This document shows positions 28,719 to 37,800 of a stretch of DNA of 64,000 nt, piece after piece. Below the pieces are notes generated by a model. The model saw only the letters and a program-made list of their open reading frames with translations, searched no databases and was not told where the DNA came from. A program made the position numbers and the translations under genes. How positions within the stretch are numbered: the first letter of the stretch is position 1; each line of letters starts with the position of its first letter. The DNA is from Mangrovimonas futianensis (lineage in GTDB: Bacteria > Bacteroidota > Bacteroidia > Flavobacteriales > Flavobacteriaceae): contig NZ_JAJJNF010000002.1 of NCBI RefSeq assembly GCF_021245805.1, positions 80,962 through 144,961 of the forward strand, in the 5' to 3' direction.

Positions 28719-30545
28719 ATGAAATATACAATGAAATTAAATCTCCTCTTAGCTAGTTTTCTCGCAGGTATCTTCCTGACACAAGCTCAGGATTTCCCTC
28801 AACAAGATTTAGACTCAGTGGTGATTATCTCTTCCAGAATTGAACTTCCATTTAAAGAAAATTCTAGAACCATCACCGTCATCAACTCGGAAATGATCCA
28901 AAAAAGTGCCGCTACCAACGTAGTAGATTTATTGCAGCAGGTAGCCGGGGTCGATATAAGACGTAGAGGTACCGCCGGTTCCCAAGCTGATTTATACATT
29001 AGAGGTGGGAGTTTTGACCAAACCCTTCTTTTAATAGATGGAATAAAACTGGAAGACGCTCAAACAGGTCATCATACCATGAACCTTATCTTACCTTTAG
29101 ATGTCATAGAACGCATAGAAATTATAAAAGGACCGGCAGCCAGAGTTTTTGGTCAAAATGCTTTTACTGGTGCAGTAAACATTGTTACTAAAAAAGCTTT
29201 GGAAAACCAGGTAAAATTAGGAGTTCAAGGTGGCTCTTTTGGTCAAAAAAATGCAGAAGTTACGGTGAGCAGTAATTTACAGAACACCTCTCATTTGGTG
29301 CACTATTCCAGAAACACTTCTGAAGGATATCGCTACAATACCGATTATGACAACCAGAACTATTTTATCAAAAGTAGCTTCAACAAGAACCATATGCCTA
29401 TTGATCTCATTGCAACATTTCAGGAGCGTAAATTTGGTGCCAATGGTTTTTATTCTACCCCATCTGCAACTGATCAATATGAAGAAACCCAAGCAAGTTT
29501 GGTAGGACTTTCTTCGGTTTACAAACATAACAACCTCACCTTAAAACCGAGATTGTACTGGAGAAGAAATCAGGATGAATATGTTTTCATTCGTACCAAT
29601 CCCGAGGTTTACAGAAATTTACATATCACCAACAAAGTTGCTGCCGAACTTCATGGATCTTATTCATCTTCTTTAGGAACAACAGGATTTGGGGTTGATT
29701 TGGCACAAGTATATCTTTCCAGCAATAATTTAGGGGACCGCGAACGCTTCATGACCAATTTTTTCCTCGAGCATCGTTTCAAGTTTCTAAATGATAAACT
29801 AGATGTGACTCCTGGTGTTGCTCTGACCTATTTTTCAGATTTTAAGTTTCATGCCTTCCCCGGGGTTGACATTGGGTATTCCATTTCAGAACAATTTAAA
29901 TTTTATGGAAATGTTGGTTATACTTACCGAATTCCAACCTATACCGACCTGTACTACAGTGATCCAACGACTTTGGGTAATGACCAATTGGATCCTGAAG
30001 AGGCCATAGCAGAGGAAATAGGTATCAAATATCTAGGTGCAAAATGGAATGGATCTTTGGCATTCTTTAATCGTGATTCCAAAAAATTGATTGACTATGT
30101 CAAGGAAAATGAAGATGATCTTTGGCAAGCTACCAATATCAGAGATTTGAACACCAAAGGATTTGAGACCAATATCAATTATCGTTTTGATATAGCAGGT
30201 GATACACAACTCATGGATTTAGGTTATACCTTTATTGATGATGAAGTCAAAGATTTGGACATCGCTTTCTCACGCTATTCCATCAATTCTTTAAAACATC
30301 AAGTAACGGCAACCTATAAAGGAAGATTCTTTAATATTTTACAACCTACTATTGTATATAAATATGCCGAAAGAACTTCTGGGCAAGCTTATACCGTGTA
30401 TGACGCTGGGTTATCAGTTATCATCAACCAATTGGAACTTTCAGTTTTTGCCAACAATATTTTTAATGAAGAATATTATGAAACGAACTTAGTTCCCATG
30501 CCAAAAGGCAACCTTCTTTTCGGTCTTAATTATAGATTTAAATAA
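28719..30545 (+). CDS. Small (BtuB-size) TonB-dependent receptor
   Basis: Plug domain (DLLQQVAGVDIRRRGTAGSQADLYIRGGSFDQTLLLIDGIKL) and C-terminal ...LNYRFK terminal Phe-type barrel end. Alternative start at 28731 (MKLNLLLASFLAG). Divergent from the MocR gene. Confidence 0.8.
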   Translation: MKYTMKLNLLLASFLAGIFLTQAQDFPQQDLDSVVIISSRIELPFKENSRTITVINSEMIQKSAATNVVDLLQQVAGVDIRRRGTAGSQADLYIRGGSFDQTLLLIDGIKLEDAQTGHHTMNLILPLDVIERIEIIKGPAARVFGQNAFTGAVNIVTKKALENQVKLGVQGGSFGQKNAEVTVSSNLQNTSHLVHYSRNTSEGYRYNTDYDNQNYFIKSSFNKNHMPIDLIATFQERKFGANGFYSTPSATDQYEETQASLVGLSSVYKHNNLTLKPRLYWRRNQDEYVFIRTNPEVYRNLHITNKVAAELHGSYSSSLGTTGFGVDLAQVYLSSNNLGDRERFMTNFFLEHRFKFLNDKLDVTPGVALTYFSDFKFHAFPGVDIGYSISEQFKFYGNVGYTYRIPTYTDLYYSDPTTLGNDQLDPEEAIAEEIGIKYLGAKWNGSLAFFNRDSKKLIDYVKENEDDLWQATNIRDLNTKGFETNINYRFDIAGDTQLMDLGYTFIDDEVKDLDIAFSRYSINSLKHQVTATYKGRFFNILQPTIVYKYAERTSGQAYTVYDAGLSVIINQLELSVFANNIFNEEYYETNLVPMPKGNLLFGLNYRFK

Positions 30546-30567
30546 GGATAAAAACACATAGAATCTA

Positions 30568-30597
30568 AACCCAAACGAAGCGTTTGGGTTTTTTTAT
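30568..30597 (+). terminator. Rho-independent terminator
   Basis: 10-bp stem AACCCAAACG/CGTTTGGGTT with an AAG loop, then T7. Confidence 0.7.
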
Positions 30598-30714
30598 TTG
30601 TAACAAAAAATGATTTTGGAATACTCATAAGTTGTAAAGGAAAAAACATGACGTTTGTAAGTTTTTTCTTTTTATAAAAAGTTTATCTTTCAACTTTACT
30701 TACAACTAACAACT

Positions 30715-31284
30715 ATGATGGATTGGTATACTACCATGGAAACATTTCCAAAAATCTATTGGACCGTTGCCCTTGCAGGTTCATTAATATTTACTATCAC
30801 ATTAATTTTAAGCCTTTTAGGAGGAGAAACCGATTTAGGAGATGTTGATACAGAAATAGAAACAGATACAGGAATTGGATTCCAATTTTTAACTTTCAAG
30901 AACCTAGTTGGTTTCTTTACCATATTTGGATGGTCTGGTATCGCCTGCATGGATGCTGGTCTTTCAAAGCCATTAACCATTTTAATATCTTTCTTTTGCG
31001 GATTGATTATGATGGCCTTAATGGCAACCATGTTCCACTATATGAAAAAGTTAAACGATAGTGGTACCCTAAACTATAAAAATGCCATCAATTCTATTGG
31101 GGAAGTATATTTAACCGTAGGTAAAAATCGTTCTTCCATTGGAAAAGTACATATTAACGTTCAAGGATCCCTAAGAGAACTTGAAGCTATAACAGATGAA
31201 AGTCTAGATCTAAAACCTGGCTCAGTAATTTCTGTTACTGAAATAACCGCCAATGGCATCCTAATTATTAAAAAACAATCCTAA
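30715..31284 (+). CDS. NfeD/YqiJ-like membrane protein (TM helices plus a C-terminal OB-fold)
   Basis: Three hydrophobic helices, then GEVYLTVGKNRSSIGKVHINVQGSLRELEAI... typical of the NfeD short-form C-terminal beta-barrel. Immediately upstream of a flotillin gene (yqiJ-yqiK-type pairing). Confidence 0.55.
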   Translation: MMDWYTTMETFPKIYWTVALAGSLIFTITLILSLLGGETDLGDVDTEIETDTGIGFQFLTFKNLVGFFTIFGWSGIACMDAGLSKPLTILISFFCGLIMMALMATMFHYMKKLNDSGTLNYKNAINSIGEVYLTVGKNRSSIGKVHINVQGSLRELEAITDESLDLKPGSVISVTEITANGILIIKKQS

Positions 31285-31295
31285 TTATCTATACC

Positions 31296-32705
31296 ATGAC
31301 TATACCTTTATTACAAATGACAGACCTAGGTTTGCCCCTAGGAATCATTTTCACTATTTTATTTTTCTTCGTAATCCTAGTCGTTCTTATCAAGCGATAT
31401 AAAAGATGTCCTTCAGACCGAATTTTGGTGGTTTACGGTAAGGTTGGCGGAGGCCAATCTGCCAAATGTATCCATGGTGGGGCAGCTTTGATTATCCCTG
31501 TAATTCAAGATTATGAATACTTGGATTTAACACCCATTTCTATTGAGGTTAATCTGGTAAATGCCCTAAGTAAGCAAAACATTCGTGTTAATGTTCCTTC
31601 AAGGTTTACCATTGGGGTTTCCACAGAACCGGGGGTGATGCAAAATGCTGCCGAACGTCTTTTAGGACTTGGTCTACAGGACATTCAAGAATTGGCTAAA
31701 GAAATCATCTTTGGACAATTGCGTTTGGTTGTAGCTTCCATGGATATTGAGGAAATCAATTCCGATCGCGATAAGTTCTTGACCAATATTTCCCAAAGTG
31801 TTGAATCTGAACTTAAGAAAGTAGGACTTAAACTTATCAACGTAAACATTACGGATATCGTTGATGAATCTGGCTATATCGAAGCTTTAGGTAAGGAAGC
31901 AGCTGCCCACGCTATTAACGCGGCCAGAAAATCCGTAGCAGAAAAAAATAGAGACGGGTCCATTGGTGAGGCTAATGCGGTTCAAGACGAAAGAACTCAA
32001 GTTGCGGCTGCAAATGCAAAGGCAGTAGATGGAGAAAACACGGCAAAAATTGAGGTAGCAAATTCCAATGCTCTAAGAAGACAAAAAGAAGCAGAAGCAG
32101 AAAGATTGGCTATTGCCTCTGAAAAAGTTCAAGCAGCCAAAGCTTTAGAAGAATCTTACGCTGCAGAAAAAGAAGCAGAGATGGCCAGGTCTGAAAGAGA
32201 AAGATCTTCTCAAATTGCTGATGTTATCATCCCAGCTGAAATCGAAAAAAGCAAAGCAGAAATCGATGCGGAAGCTGAAGCTGAAAGAATCAGAAGAAAA
32301 GCTAGGGGTGAGGCCGATGCCATTTTGTTTAAAGCACAAGCCAAAGCTCAAGGACAGTTTGAAGTATTAACAAAACAAGCTCAAGGTCTTGATCAAATTG
32401 TAAAAGCAGCAGGCAACAATTCTAGAGATGCTGTATTACTTTTAATTGCTGACAAGCTTCCAGAATTGGTAAAAATCCAAGCAGAGGCTATTAAAAATAT
32501 TAAAATAGATAAAGTGACTGTTTGGGAAAATGGTCAAAGTAAGGACGGAAAAGGATCTACAGCCAACTTTTTATCAGGCTTATATCAATCTGTTCCGCCT
32601 TTACAGGAAATGTTCAACATGGCTGGAATGGAATTACCTGAATATTTAAAAGGTAAAGATCCTAATGAACCCATCATTCAAGATGAAGAAACTCCAACTA
32701 CTTAA
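31296..32705 (+). CDS. Flotillin-like SPFH/band-7 protein (YqiK-like)
   Basis: N-terminal TM helix, SPFH domain, and a long EA-rich coiled coil (EAEAERLAIASEKVQAAKALEESYAAEKEAEMARSERE). Confidence 0.8.
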   Translation: MTIPLLQMTDLGLPLGIIFTILFFFVILVVLIKRYKRCPSDRILVVYGKVGGGQSAKCIHGGAALIIPVIQDYEYLDLTPISIEVNLVNALSKQNIRVNVPSRFTIGVSTEPGVMQNAAERLLGLGLQDIQELAKEIIFGQLRLVVASMDIEEINSDRDKFLTNISQSVESELKKVGLKLINVNITDIVDESGYIEALGKEAAAHAINAARKSVAEKNRDGSIGEANAVQDERTQVAAANAKAVDGENTAKIEVANSNALRRQKEAEAERLAIASEKVQAAKALEESYAAEKEAEMARSERERSSQIADVIIPAEIEKSKAEIDAEAEAERIRRKARGEADAILFKAQAKAQGQFEVLTKQAQGLDQIVKAAGNNSRDAVLLLIADKLPELVKIQAEAIKNIKIDKVTVWENGQSKDGKGSTANFLSGLYQSVPPLQEMFNMAGMELPEYLKGKDPNEPIIQDEETPTT

Positions 32706-32710
32706 TAATT

Positions 32711-32736
32711 GCCCCCTTTTTTAGGGGGTTTTTTAT
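32711..32736 (+). terminator. Rho-independent terminator
   Basis: CCCCC/GGGGG stem with a T-run (GCCCCCTTTTTTAGGGGGTTTTTT). Confidence 0.65.
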
Positions 32737-32809
32737 TATTAACAAATCCCTATAATTCATTTGGTAACCTTTTCTTAACTTTGAAAGGTTAATCATCATT
32801 TCAGTTTAG

Positions 32810-33673
32810 GTGCAATTAAAAACCATTCCTCGCGTAAAGACCCTAGATAAGGACACCTTTTTCAAAGAGTATTACAAACCTCAAAAACCTGTGGTTATCG
32901 AGCGTTTTATTGAGGATTGGCCAGCGTTTTCAAAATGGAATTTAGATTATATAAAATCCGTTGCTGGAGATAAGGTGGTTCCTCTCTATGATGATCGACC
33001 GGTAAGCCACAAAGATGGATTTAACGAACCTCACTCTAAAATGAAAATGGGTGACTATATTGATTTACTCAAAAATGAGCCTACCCGTTATCGCATTTTT
33101 TTATGGAACATTTTAAAGGAAGTGCCACAATTACAAGCGGATTATAGTTACCCAGACTTTGGTTTAAAATTGATGAAGGGACTCCCCATGCTCTTCTTTG
33201 GCGGGGAGAACTCCTATACCTTTATGCATTATGATATTGACCTAGCCAATATTTTCCATTTCCATTTCGAAGGCAAAAAGGAGATCATTCTTTTTGATCA
33301 AAATCAGAACAAAGTACTTTATAAGATTCCGCATTCCCTAATCACCAGAGAAGACATCGACTTTTCCAATCCCGATTATTCTCAATGGCCAGCACTACAG
33401 CATGCCACAGGTTTTAAAACCGAACTCAACCATGGCGAGGTCCTTTATATGCCTGAAGGTTATTGGCACTATATGCGTTATATCACCCCAGGATTCTCAA
33501 TGAGCTTGAGGTCCATACCCAAAAAACCTAAGAATTTAGGTAAAGCCATTTATAACATTTTCGTTATGCGTCATATAGATAATTTGATGAGACGGTTACA
33601 AGGGCAAAAATGGATTGACTGGAAAAATGAACAAGCCGTTGTAAAAACCCATAGATATCTCAAAAGTATCTAG
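32810..33673 (+). CDS. Cupin-like / JmjC-domain protein
   Basis: GTG start in the supplied track. The motifs FMHYDIDLANIFHFHFEGKKEI and ...GEVLYMPEGYWHY match the Cupin_8/JmjC HxD...H architecture. Confidence 0.6.
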   Translation: MQLKTIPRVKTLDKDTFFKEYYKPQKPVVIERFIEDWPAFSKWNLDYIKSVAGDKVVPLYDDRPVSHKDGFNEPHSKMKMGDYIDLLKNEPTRYRIFLWNILKEVPQLQADYSYPDFGLKLMKGLPMLFFGGENSYTFMHYDIDLANIFHFHFEGKKEIILFDQNQNKVLYKIPHSLITREDIDFSNPDYSQWPALQHATGFKTELNHGEVLYMPEGYWHYMRYITPGFSMSLRSIPKKPKNLGKAIYNIFVMRHIDNLMRRLQGQKWIDWKNEQAVVKTHRYLKSI

Positions 33674-33707
33674 TATTTTTGATTAGTAAAATTTAGAACC
33701 TATTACT

Positions 33708-34235
33708 ATGAAACAATTTTTATGCGCCCTTTCCTTATTAGCTGTATCGTTTGTTCACGCACAAGCTTTCAAGGGTAAAGGTGACCAAAAACTACAAATT
33801 GGCGCCAACTTTCAAGATTCAGCCACGGGTATTAATCTATCTTATGATTATGGTTTAGGAGAAAATATCTCTATTGGGGTGTCTTCAAGCTATGCCTTGG
33901 GAATTTCAAATGGTTTGGACAAAGATGTGGTTGTTTATGGTGGAACTGTCGTTGAAAAAGCAGATTTCACAGATCGCTTTGATTTAAAGGCCCGCTTTAA
34001 TGCCAATATCGGAAACGTCCTGAACATTGATGAGAATTTTGACTTATATCCTGGTTTAAACTTAAGCCTTAAAAACTTTGGAGGCCATGTAGGGGCCAGA
34101 TACTTTTTCACAGAAGGATTCGGTTTATATACCGAGGCACAGTTCCCAATTGCCAAATACAATGACAATCTAACACCAGCAGAACATCTTTACAATCAGT
34201 TTAACGTTAATGTGGGAGCGGTTTTCAACTTATAA
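33708..34235 (+). CDS. Small outer-membrane beta-barrel protein (hypothetical)
   Basis: Signal peptide ...SFVHAQA, alternating amphipathic strands, C-terminal ...GAVFNL. Confidence 0.4.
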   Translation: MKQFLCALSLLAVSFVHAQAFKGKGDQKLQIGANFQDSATGINLSYDYGLGENISIGVSSSYALGISNGLDKDVVVYGGTVVEKADFTDRFDLKARFNANIGNVLNIDENFDLYPGLNLSLKNFGGHVGARYFFTEGFGLYTEAQFPIAKYNDNLTPAEHLYNQFNVNVGAVFNL

Positions 34236-34256
34236 AACATTTTTATTTTTAAAAGT

Positions 34257-34284
34257 AAAGTCCGGCATGTTGCTGGACTTTTTT
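34257..34284. terminator. Bidirectional terminator hairpin between the convergent OMP gene and recX
   Basis: 10-bp stem AAAGTCCGGC/GCTGGACTTT (one G-T wobble), loop ATGTT, T-run on the plus strand. Confidence 0.55.
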
Positions 34285-34756
34285 ATGAAATTAATTCACT
34301 TACTTTTTCATAAACCAAGTGCGATTCCCACCCACGATATAAGAGGTAGTCTGCCAGCTTCTTCTTTTTTTTCCAGAGGTTGATTTCCCTGATTCCATCC
34401 GCCTTTTTAACTGCCAGTTCATGAAGGGTTTCCTGATATGCTTGTGGAGAAATCTCTTTTAAAGCTGTTTCAATATTGAATTTAGAGATATCCCTAAACT
34501 TTAACTCTCTAACAATTCGGTTTCTTCCCCATTTTTTAATTCTAAATTTACCCCGAGCAAAAGCTTTGGCAAACCGCTCTTCATTAAGATAGTTTTCCTG
34601 AATCAAATGGGTAATAATATGGTCTACGGCCTCAGGAATCATTCGCATACCCATCAACTTTTCTCTAACTTCCTTATGACATCGTTCTTGATAAGCACAA
34701 TAATTTTCTAGGGCTCGTTGCGCTTCTTCAACCGTAAACGTTTTACCTGTATCCAT
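34283..34756 (-). CDS. recX: RecX family regulatory protein
   Basis: MDTGKTFTVEEAQRALENYCAYQERCHKEVREKL... with the RecX three-helix repeat pattern; 157 aa. Not adjacent to recA in this window. Confidence 0.75.
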   Translation of the reverse strand: MDTGKTFTVEEAQRALENYCAYQERCHKEVREKLMGMRMIPEAVDHIITHLIQENYLNEERFAKAFARGKFRIKKWGRNRIVRELKFRDISKFNIETALKEISPQAYQETLHELAVKKADGIREINLWKKKKKLADYLLYRGWESHLVYEKVSELIS

Positions 34757-34872
34757 ACCCTCAAAATTAATAACAATTTGTTAATAACAAGATATTTGTA
34801 ACTTATTGTTTTTTAGGTCTTTTCATTTATATTTGTCAGTCCCTTATTACATGTAATTAATCCAAGTACCCC

Positions 34873-37800
34873 ATGATAAAAAAATACACCCTCCTCTTTT
34901 TTATTTTTCTCGGCGCTTTAAACATTGGGTTTGGGCAGGTGACAATAGCAATTCAAGACTTTGAATCCGCTCCAGCAACTCCAACTCTTAATTATTCTTT
35001 TAATTCTGGTATTTTTACTTCAGCAAGTGGAAATTCTGGCAGCGGGGATCTTCCTCAAAACTCACCTCAATATACTAGTTCCAATACTTCTTGGAGAGTG
35101 ATAAACAATAGCGTTGATGTCGATTTTGGTCCAGTTGACATTACATCCTATCAAGATGTACAAGTTGAGTTTAATTTAGCTGGTTTTTCAATTGGTTCAA
35201 CGGGAAACGGACTTGATACAAGCGACTATATAGATGTTTATATTAGTCTAGATAACGGAATTTCGTGGTCCTATGAAATGGAAATAACCGGGAATTCTAA
35301 TTCACGATGGCCTTTTAATTCTGGATCTAATAGGACTATTACATATGATGGTGATGACATTCCGCAGAGTTACAGTTCAACAAATTCCAACCCAATTAAT
35401 AATGTTATTATTAATATTCCTAATTCAAATGCCGCTATTACATCAGACTTTTTGGTTGGTTTTGTTATTTCCAACAACAGTCCAAATGAATCCTGGAACA
35501 TAGATGATGTTGAAATTTCAGGAGTATCCTCAGCACCTTGTCTTACTCCTACAAATCAACCAACCAGTTTAACATTAAACAATATAACGTCTTCTTCTAT
35601 TGATGGTTCCTTTTCAGCTGCTACAGCAGATGAGTATCTTGTTATTGTCAGCACATCAACAACTCTTGGAGCTAACCCAGTAAACGGAATAACCTACTCT
35701 GCCGGAGATACTATTGGTAGTGGCACTGTAGTACAGAGTTCGAATACTACGACATTTAGTGCAACAGGGCTATCACAAGCGACTCAATATCATTTTTTTG
35801 TATTTGCTTTAAACTCTAGCTGTTCTGGTGGTCCATTGTATAATTTGACAAATCCTTTAACTGACAGTGAAACTACGATTAATGGTCCTTGTTATTCAAT
35901 TAATGGAAGGAATTTTCCAAATACTGCCGGCTATACAATTAATAGTGGAGCAAGTGCAAAAAGATTAGCTTCAGCATCAAGTTATGGTTCAATTTCAACT
36001 AATGCCCTTACCGGTATTTCCGGGGATATAACCCTGCACTTTTCTGCTGAAGGTTGGGATAACAACGAAAATGAGGTTACAGTTACTTTAAATGGTGTTT
36101 CTCAATTTTTTAATACCATTATTGATGGATCCTATAATACCTATACAGCTTCTTTTACATCTGTACCGAACAATTCTATACTTGAATTTTCAACTGTTTC
36201 TGGAAAGAGAGTATACATTGATTTGGTTGAAATTTATTGTGGTTCACCCTCACCAGAACTTCAACTTGTTGATGACGCCTCAACCAATCAAAACTGTGGT
36301 TATACTATAGACTTTGGCTCCCAAGCCTTGTCTACTAATGCTAATACCACCTTTGCTATTGAAAATGTTGGTTCCGACGATTTAGACATCACTTCATTGG
36401 GAATCACTGGAAACTACACGGTATCTCCTACTGGACCTATGACAATTTCAGCAGGCAATTCCCAAACCTTTACCGTAACATTTACACCTACCACCAACGG
36501 CACACAGAATGGAACCATAACAATCAACAACAATGACCCCAATGAAGGGACTTGCACCATCAACTTAACTGGAGAAGGGTTTACTCCTGCTCCAGAGATT
36601 GATATTGAGAGAAATACTGGAGGAACAATTCCTAATGGCTCCTCTCCTAATATTGGTTACAATACCATTTTTGCAGCTACTGTCATGGGTGATTCTTCTT
36701 CTCCCAAGACATTTCATGTAAGCAATGAAGGTACGTCAGACCTGGATCTAACAAGTATTACCTCGTCCAATCCCACTGAATTTTCAATTTCTTTGAACCC
36801 CAGTCCGTCAACAATTAGCTCAAATACCGAAGTGGATTTTGAAATTGTTTTTTCACCCACTGGTGTTGGACTTAGGACATCTACCATAACTATTATAAGT
36901 AACGACAGTGATGAAAACCCTTATACCTTCCAAGTTCAAGGAAACGGAGATTGCGCTGCATCTCCAATTACAATTTCACCAATGTCTGGACCAGAAGCCA
37001 CTATCATAAGTATTACAGGAAATAACTTTGGTTCTGCAACCACCGCAACTCTAAATGGTGTATCTATTAGCTCCGTCAATGTAATTTCCTCAACCGAACT
37101 CGAATTAAGTGTCCCTTCTGGAGCAACCACAGGAAGTCTAGAAATTACAAATGATTTGGGATGCCTAAGTTCAGAATTATTTATAGTGATAGACAATCAG
37201 ATTTCAAGTTGCGAGGGTAATTCGGGCATTTCTCCAACAGAATTATTTATTAGTGAGGTCACTGACCATGGAACTGGACACCACTCTTATGTAGAAATTT
37301 TTAATGGTACTGGGGCAACCGTTAATTTATCGGGATATGAAATCCGTATCCACAATAATGGAGCTAGTACCGCGACAAGTTCAGTCACCCTCTCAGGAAG
37401 CATTATTAACGGTGATGTTTTTGTCCTTGCTTTTGGACAATCTGACGCAACTGATGCCCATGCCTCACATGGTTTTGATCAATCAAGTAACGTGAATGGC
37501 ATCAATGAAGACGATCATATTAGACTATATAATGGAACCACTTGGATTGATTTGTGGGGAGATACCTCTGGTGATTCTTTTACGATTGCCTCCAAAAATT
37601 ACACCTACAGACGAAAAAATACGGGTATTATAGCTCCCAGCACCACATGGAATTCCAACGATTGGGACTCCTTTTCTCCTGTCGATTATACAGATATTGG
37701 AACTTTTGATTTTTCAACTGGAGTGCCCCCAAGCATCACCTCTGGCCCTACCATCAATCAATCCTGTAATACAGCGACCATTAGTGTTGCAGCAGATGAA

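Noticed and set aside
32145-32351. 68-aa antisense ORF in the flotillin EA-repeat region
   Set aside because: Low-complexity repeat DNA generates open frames on both strands.
36936-37196. Antisense and alternative-frame ORFs inside the giant T9SS protein gene (for example 36092-36310, 36936-37196, 38410-38628, 39121-39411)
   Set aside because: All are within one long, domain-rich reading frame. No independent evidence.
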